A stretch of 62,944 bases of DNA, filler included, from Octopus bimaculoides (Eukaryota): NCBI RefSeq assembly GCF_001194135.2. It is 4 parts of 4 records of this genome, joined end to end, with 100 filler letters (N's around TTAATTAATTAA, not from the genome) between each part and the next. Parts side by side here need not be neighbours in the genome. Positions count along the whole stretch, not along the records: positions 55,502 to 62,944 come from NC_068982.1; 3 more parts are not named here. One strand, 5' to 3'. Of the stretch, positions 55,402 to 62,944 are shown in pieces; the first letter of the stretch is position 1; each line of letters opens with the position of its first letter. The notes under the pieces were generated by a model that was given only the letters and a program-made list of their open reading frames with translations, searched no databases and was not told the DNA's origin. The position numbers and the translations under genes are program-made.

Positions 55402-56379
55402 NNNNNNNNNNNNNNNNNNNNNNNNNNNNNNNNNNNNNNNNNNNNTTAATTAATTAANNNNNNNNNNNNNNNNNNNNNNNNNNNNNNNNNNNNNNNNNNN
55501 NATATATATATATATATATACAATATTTGCAAGGTATTCTATGATTTTAGGTGGGTCTGTAAGATGAGAATGTTTTTTGATGTATACTGGTTGTTTTAAA
55601 TGTTGGTTATTCTGATATTTTGCCTTTCCTCTTGCAGAAAATACCCAGACTGGAGGAACCAAGGAACGAGTTCTATTTGAACAGCTTCCAAGGAAGTAAC
55701 AGTAGAAAATGGCCATCACTAACTACACACTACATTGATACTGCACTCTATTAAGAGTGGATAGGGAAACAATCCAAATGTGTGAGCAGTACATGGCATC
55801 TGAGCAAATTTAGTTCATGTGGAGGTACAATATTGTCTCAGGTATTAGAAACTTTTAGAGTGGTGTAAAGAGCTGCCATGTTGGAAATAGATGTAATATA
55901 GAAACCCCATCTCAAATCATGTGTTATCAAGACCTAAGAATCTCTCCAGGAGTTTCACAATGGTGGTGGAAAAATACTACTTTGGTATTAAAAACATTAT
56001 TGAGGATATAGATTTACTTACCACAAAAATTAACAAAACTTATCACCAGATCAACTAATAAAATGAATAGAGTGTGACTCCACAATAGACAAATCCAACC
56101 ATCATTGCTGAGTGAAAGATTAATTCAGTTCAGAGACTTTGATTATGGAAGCCAGAAAAATATGTCTAAAACAATTACCATGTCAGTGTAATATATGTCT
56201 TCTGTAACAGATTTGACAAATGAAGACTTGGATTTCTATAAAATAAAACAAAAATAGAAACATTTTTATAGTGGTAGATATATTTAAGGATATATACATA
56301 AAATACTATAACATATGTAATTTACTGTAAAACTTCAAATGTTTCAGTTAAAAAAATATAAGCCACACACACACATATA

Positions 56380-57256
56380 TTGGGCCATCCCATAACTAAT
56401 GCTTTTTTTTATACTTCTTTTATTTTTCAAAATTAAGATAAACAAAGTTCTTTTTTAATCTAAGATATACTCTCCTTTTGTACATTGCTCTTCCATCTAT
56501 CTGGTAGACTTGCAAGGCCCCTCTTCCAAAATTCACTTGTCTGTGACGAAAAATACTCTCCAGTACTGTTCTGACCTCGTCTACAGAATTCATATTTTTT
56601 CGTCCAAATGATTTTGAAAACTGCAGAATAAATGATAATCAGATGGGGCAATGTCTAGTGAATATGGAGGGTGGGGCATCATTTCTCATTCAAACTGCTC
56701 CAGCCTTTGGAATGTCATCCTCACTGTATGTGGCCAAGCATTATCATGTTGGAAGAATACTTTCTGTCTTGAAACCAAAGATGGTCATTTTCCTTCTATT
56801 GCTAACTTAATTTGCTCAAGCTACTTACAGTAGATCTCCTTTTTTATCATTTGATTTAAGTTTAATAATTCAAAGTAGTCTAAACCATTCATATCTCACC
56901 AAACAGATAACAACACCTTACGTGGGTGAAGACCTTCTCTAGCCTAGAATGCCGGTGTTTCCCCTTTCTCTACCCACTGTCTTTGGCACTTGACATTTTT
57001 ATAGAGAACTCATTTCTTGTCACCAGTCACTGTTCCATCCAAAAAGGGTTCATTCGTGAGATGCAACTGCAAAGAAGAGCCACACATTCATTCTCTGTGA
57101 GTGATTAGACTTGGAAAGGTTGTGAGGAACCCATTGACACAATTTGATGACTTTTCCAATGGCATTCAGGTGTCGATGAATGGTTGTTTATCCCATCTTC
57201 TTCTGATTTCTAGTTCATGCAATTGAAAAAACTATATTATTTATGAGATGATCCAA
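56380..57256 (-). mobile_element. Mariner-family transposon, internally deleted and decayed
   Basis: TIRs ttgggccatcccataa / ttatgagatgatccaa with TA flanks. Minus frame FQHDNAWPH...PHPPYSLDIAPSDYHLF matches the mariner catalytic motifs. Confidence 0.88.
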
Positions 57257-57494
57257 TATATGTGTGCATGTGTGTGTGTGTGTTGGTGGTGGTAAATGCA
57301 AAACTCATAAAAGTAATTACAGCATTATAATAATGACTAACACTCTACCTTTCCTTATTTACCTCTGAGGTATACTCCAATGAAAAATATCCACTTAATA
57401 ATCTCTATATAATAAAGCTCACATCACTGCCAAAACACTATTTTTAACTCAATGAGTTAGTACTTAGATGTGTGTGTGTGTGTATGTGTGTGCA

Positions 57495-57536
<42 letters not shown>

Positions 57537-58173
57537 CGCACACGCACTTGCATGTACATGCATACACACTTATACACATATAGCTCAGTCTTGGATAATC
57601 ACATCAATATATTCAAAATATATACCATTCCAATGTCTGAAGTCTGTTTCTTGGAAGGCTTGTAAATTCTTGACTATAAAATAAAATGAAAATAGAAACA
57701 AATCTTTGAATTTATTACGAAAATAAGTATAAATTGCTGCAACAAGAAAATTATATTGCTTACATGAGAGTTAAAGATGTTATGTATATAAAAATCCATA
57801 TCATTGCATAAATGCTATTTTTATAATGATAGCATATTAATGCTAATATACATATATACATACATACATACATATATACATATATATATATGCATGCATG
57901 CATACATAATACATGAATACATAATAAAATTCAAAGAAATTAGAAAGAATATGGAGACTGGTATGCTGTATAATTAACTGTTAAATTAAAAGAAAAGTTT
58001 GAAGATGTACTAGTCTCCATATTCTTTGTAATTATTTAGGCTTTACACTTTCAAACTCACACACACACACATGTATATATACACACAAATAGATAGATAG
58101 ATATAGACACGTATAGATAGAAAGGTATTTGCATCTCCTCAAAGAACCGTATGAATATATCCAAAATACATAC

Positions 58174-58215
58174 CGTATCAAGGACGTCTTTTTTGATACG
58201 TTTGCTGTCTTTTCG
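58174..58215 (-). CDS. Candidate 42-nt micro-exon of unknown gene
   Basis: Strong acceptor ttttcctttttcattttattttacag, donor GTATGT. Open in phase 0 (RKDSKRIKKDVLDT) and phase 2. No family recognised. Confidence 0.3.
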
Positions 58216-58435
58216 CTGTAAAATAAAATGAAAAAGGAAAAATCTTCTAAGAAAACAAATGCATATCATGATTATAAATTGTTGGATGTAAGAAATTATT
58301 GAAAATGTGATAATGAAATTGATAAAATAAGGCACATATAAATGTGTGTGTATGTGTGTATTCATGTGTGCACGAATGCATGCATATATGTATCTATGTG
58401 CATGTGTGTGTGTATATATACATACATATATAAAT

Positions 58436-58498
<63 letters not shown>

Positions 58499-58618
58499 NN
58501 NNNNNNNNNNNNNNNNNNNNNNNNNNNNNNNNNNNNNNNNNNNNNNNNNNNNNNNNNNNNNNNNNNNNNNNNNNNNNNNNNNNNNNNNNNNNNNNNNNNN
58601 NNNNNNNNNNNNNNNNNN

Positions 58619-58850
58619 AAAATATGTGACACTTATTCGGTAGCCATGATAAAACTCCGAGTTTTGGATGCCGGGGTGGGAACCCATGCCAACATCTCTT
58701 CAGTTGTCCGGCCATTGAAAATTCCTGTCCCCCTGGCGTCTGAAACTCGGAGTTTTATCATGGCTACTGAATAAGTGTCACATATTTTTACAGATAAATT
58801 TCTCTATTTACATAATATCGAGGTCTCCTTCTTTTGTTATCCTTTCTATC
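58619..58850. mobile_element. Second copy of the fold-back element
   Basis: Same arms and same tail (cagataaatt.ctctattt.cataatatcgaggtctc) as 14426-14680. The left end abuts an N gap. Confidence 0.7.
58640..58716 (-). ncRNA. Hammerhead motif, second fold-back copy, probably inactive (GAAA to AAAA)
   Basis: Minus strand reads GGCCGGACAA-CTGAAGA-GATGTTGG..CCGGCATC-C-AAAA-CTCGGAG-TT-TTATCATGGCTAC. Stem II is 8 bp. Confidence 0.5.
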
Positions 58851-59439
58851 AATATATATATCATCATCATCATCATTGTTTAACGTCTGCTTTCCATGCT
58901 AGCATGGGTTGGACAATTTGACTGAGGACTGGTAAACCAGATGGCTACACCAGGCGTATTATGGAAACCATTTCAATTAGTCTTATCAATTGGTATCACA
59001 CCAGCTATTGAATAACTGGATATTAGATAACAACATGATTAGGTGATGCTACATGCTCTTCAGAGATTGCATCTTTGGAACTGAAGTACATGTGTTGTTA
59101 TTTAACATTGCTGATATATAGTATCCAGTTATTTAACACTCAGTGCAAAACTGACTGGTAAGTTTGGCTGAAACTGATCTATAATACAGTATACTTTGAT
59201 TAATATACCCACTTTATTGACAAATATATGAGTGCACATTTTTCTGACTTAGGTGTTTGCAGAATATCTTCTAGTCCATGTAGTCTTTTCTTTTGGGTGT
59301 TTGTATTTGATACAATGGTGCATATTCTTTTTGCTAGATTGTACGATATATTGACTCTTATCTGCTTTGGGTGGCATGAAGTAAAAAATATTGTCTTGAG
59401 TCTGTTGGTTTATAATATACATCTGCCTCAATTCAGTAT

Positions 59440-60700
59440 TTTATAACTATTCAAAAAGGATAATCCATCAATAATAAGCTGAATGTGAATACTATTTATG
59501 AGAGTTTCTTATATGAAAAGTCTATCCAAACCTACTTTCCATACGATAAAACAAACATCTAAGTATCTCTTCCAGTTTCCTGTAAGTTATTATTCCATAT
59601 TATGAAAAGGGTTTCCATATGGAATTTTCACATATTTGAATTTCAAGGTGCTCCATCACTAAGTTTGCATATGTTGAGCTTACTTTTTGACCATTGCTGT
59701 TCCTAATTTTTGTCTATATTATTCGGTCAAAATTTAAAAAAATTATTTCATAAAATAAATTGAAGACCTTCAATAATAAATTCGTTTCTGTGTGATCTAG
59801 TAACACATGAGTATGGTTACTGAACCAAAAGCATATTGCTTCTATTCCACTTTCATGCAGTGCATTTTAATATAGGTTAACAACATAAAAAAAAACCTAT
59901 AAAATCATCTCTTATGTAGCTCTGAATATGTTTCAAATATGGTTTTTGTTACATGTCTAAGAAATTGCTCAGTCAATGAGTTTCAGGAGAAGATCCTGCC
60001 ACTACTGGTTATAATTTTAAACCATTTACACAAACATCACTTAAGCAAGAAAATGAGGATTCTTTATAATATTACTTTTGTGGATTTTTGGCAGGTCATA
60101 AAAATTGCTAGTCATAGATTTAAAACTGGTTAAGTAGTCATCTTCTTTTTAAGTCAAACCATTTTTGCATAAAATGACTAGGATGTTAAGTTTTTGTATT
60201 ATTTTTTGCTGATAATAGTTGTTAATTTTTTCATAACTACTGTTGGTATCAAATAGGGATAGTGCAAGACATTTATGGTAATCTATATCTATTACAACCA
60301 CAATACTTCCTTTATCAGCTTATTTTATTTCCAGTTTTGAATTGGTTTGAAATTCATTAATATTTTCTCAATCTTTTGTACTGAAATTAGAATATATCTT
60401 ATGTTTTGGTAGAAATTTGCATGCAAAATAAGTTATATGATCACATAACTTATCAAGTTCTCTATTCCTGCCTTTTGGTGAATGATATTCATTTTTATTT
60501 CTGACTAGAAATTCATCAATGTTGTCTTTATCAAACAGCTTTTCTGTAAGTCTTAGTTCATGGAAAAGTTTGCATATCTTTGATTTCATTGAGATTTGAA
60601 TTTTGTGAAGTTGGTATAAATTTAAGTCCTTTTGCAAGTGTGTTTATTTGTTTTATTAATATTTCATTGGATAAAATTAAAACTTTTGGCTTCTTGTGTT
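59440..60700 (-). mobile_element. Penelope-like element reverse transcriptase, decayed
   Basis: Minus frames contain ADKGSIVVVID, SNFYDLPKIHKS, GTAM and WKRYLDVCFIVW in the PLE RT order, with many stops. Confidence 0.8.
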
Positions 60701-61094
60701 TTGACTGTCCCATCTTGTAATCCTGTTCCTTTCAACAGGATCTAAAAAATAGTTTTCAAAGTTTTGGTTTGGTATATTTGTTCTATTTCTACAATCAACA
60801 TTATATGCATCAGAAACATGGACTACTAATAAGAGCATTGAAATTGAATTAAGATTAACCCAAAGAGCCATGGAAACGAGAAGATTATACATACATATAT
60901 ATACATATATATACATACATACATATATATATATATACATACATACATACATATATATACATATATATACATACATATGTATATATATATATATACATAC
61001 ATAGCACACACACATATATATACACACATATGCATATGTATATATGTATGTATATGTGTGTAATGTGTGTATATATGTATATATCTACGCGCGC

Positions 61095-61140
<46 letters not shown>

Positions 61141-62343
61141 TTCAGCCTCAGGAAATCAAATCAATAAATGAAAAATATATACCATTCTTTTCTGGTGTTT
61201 GGCTTCAGTTTGTTCCTGCAAAATAAAATAAAAGCAAAACATCTCCCATCACATTTAGAAATCAAATATATTCCATGATTGCAAATTGCACAAAACAAAA
61301 TTTATTTTAAAATGCAAAGTAACTTTTGAAACTAATAAAATTTGAAATGAGTAGAAATGTGTGTGTGTGTAGTAAAATTCAATAAAAAAGACTACAAGGA
61401 ACTAGCCATGAGGAGTCAAGAATCCAATATTTTAGATAGAATCCTTCCTCAGGGAAAAGCTGTCAAGAGTGATACTAAAGAGGGATGGCAGAGTTTTACA
61501 ATGCAAGAAAAAGCTAGTTACTGCCGATGAGAAACACAAGACCATTTGAACTTCCTACATATAGAGAAAGTAGTAAGAGAGATAATTTTGGTGAGGTAGC
61601 AGAACTGAATCAAATCTCATCACTACTTTACCCTGACATATTAAAGACACCAACAATGCTCCAAACCTCTTAAATTCATTTTCTTTTCTAGCTGGACAGT
61701 TCAAACCTCTTTTCACCACAGACACTAAATCAATCTACACAATCATCCTTCACAACGATTGCCTATCAACCCTCAAAAAGCTTTCAAGACTGTTGCTCTC
61801 TATCTGTACCAAGCACTACAAGACTCCTTTGCATAGCTAAGTTTGTCTTGACCCTCAGTTGATTTACTTTCTCTGGGGAAATATATCAACATGTTCACTA
61901 TAGAAACTCCAATTGTGCAAACCCCTCTGCAGGCCTCATTGAAGTACAAATTCACCAGACCAATGCCACAGTTGTATAATAATTATATTAACAATTGTGA
62001 CGGTGCAAGTATATCCAATATCTCTGTTAATGTTTTTGATATCTCTATCACCATAAGCAATATCTACCTGAATATTTCTATACACTACAAGCCTGACATG
62101 CGTCAATGTATATCTGTGTATATAACAGTGAAACAATAACGTGGTATATTCGCTGTGTGAATTTTTTTCATTTAATCCCCATTTTAATTATCGTAAAAGT
62201 TTCCAAGCAAGGTGGGTAGGATTGTCAGTTTAGTTATTGATAGCCTGACAGTGCAACAGGTACTGGGTTGAGTGACAGTAGCACTCAAGAATGATCTCAA
62301 GAGTGACCTGGCATAATATATATACATATATATACATACATAC

Positions 62344-62386
<43 letters not shown>

Positions 62387-62422
62387 TGAGAAAGTTGGTA
62401 TGTGAAAGCACGTGGTTGGATG

Positions 62423-62556
62423 TATAAAAAATGAACAAGAGTGAAAAAACTACAGAAGGCTTGTGTTACATAGTTAAAGTATATATTTAAATATATATAC
62501 TTTAACCATGTAACACAAGCCTTCTGTAGTTTTTTCACTCTTGTTCATCTTTTATA
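62423..62556. repeat. Near-perfect 134-bp palindrome
   Basis: Arms of about 65 bp with two mismatches and a 2-nt bulge, centred on ttt|aaa. Confidence 0.9.
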
Positions 62557-62564
62557 TATATATA

Positions 62565-62730
62565 CTAGCAGAGCCACCCGGCGTTGCCAGGGAAGGAAAT
62601 TGTTGCTTATTGGTACTTGGAAACTTTTACGATAATTAAAATGGGGATTAAATGAAAAAAATTCACACAGCGAATATACCACGTTATTGTTTCACTGTTA
62701 TATACACAGATATACATTGACGCATGTCAG
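62565..62730 (-). mobile_element. Helitron 3' terminus and adjacent body
   Basis: Minus strand reads CCCTGGCAACGCCGGG (GC hairpin), tggctctg, CTAG, then T, which is the canonical Helitron 3' end. The 5' extent is not defined. Confidence 0.65.
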
Positions 62731-62944
62731 TCAAAAAGTGAAAGTGTAATAGTAATACTTACTTTAACACTCAATGGTTTTACACTTTTGTATATGACAT
62801 GTACATACTATTCATGTAAGTGCTTCTTCATATACTATGTTTTATGTCTTGCCATGTTTATCACTGAGAATGTAGAGGTTCTTTTCATCTCCAACTTTAG
62901 AACATCCAACATACAGCTGATCATGTGAGAAGCAAGGTTGAAGG

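Larger units (their letters stand above)
62093..62730. repeat. Perfect 115-bp inverted repeat (62093-62207 / 62616-62730)
   Basis: Base-by-base reverse-complement match with no mismatch seen. Confidence 0.92.

Noticed and set aside
55638-55695. + strand acceptor/donor pair as the next Robo exon
   Set aside because: The required phase-2 frame stops at ATT TGA.

Overview
AT-rich, microsatellite-dense eukaryotic DNA with many N gaps. The SINE families and TTAATTAATTAA gap linkers point to an octopus draft assembly (inference). Nearly all ORF-track entries are microsatellite or gap artefacts. The host-gene signal is two phase-compatible + strand exons of a Roundabout (Robo)-like receptor: a transmembrane exon (29208-29369) and a 31-nt micro-exon (35927-35957). 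No other Robo exons were recognised. A gap-truncated - strand exon (50676-50758) resembles the PDE9 N-terminus and lies in a CpG-retaining block (about 48.4-55.4 kb). The rest is transposon-derived: several tRNA-derived SINE families, RTE, CR1-like and Penelope retroelements, hAT, Tc1, mariner, a piggyBac-type MITE and a Helitron 3' end. The most notable unexplained structure is five type I hammerhead-ribozyme-like motifs. One (50144-50222) keeps the core nucleotides and all three stems outside any recognisable repeat, and two sit in a fold-back element whose loop orientation differs between copies. A nested inverted-repeat complex surrounds the Helitron end at 62.1-62.7 kb. No CRISPR array, rRNA or true tRNA gene was found. 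All structures were paired by eye; no database search or folding program was run.
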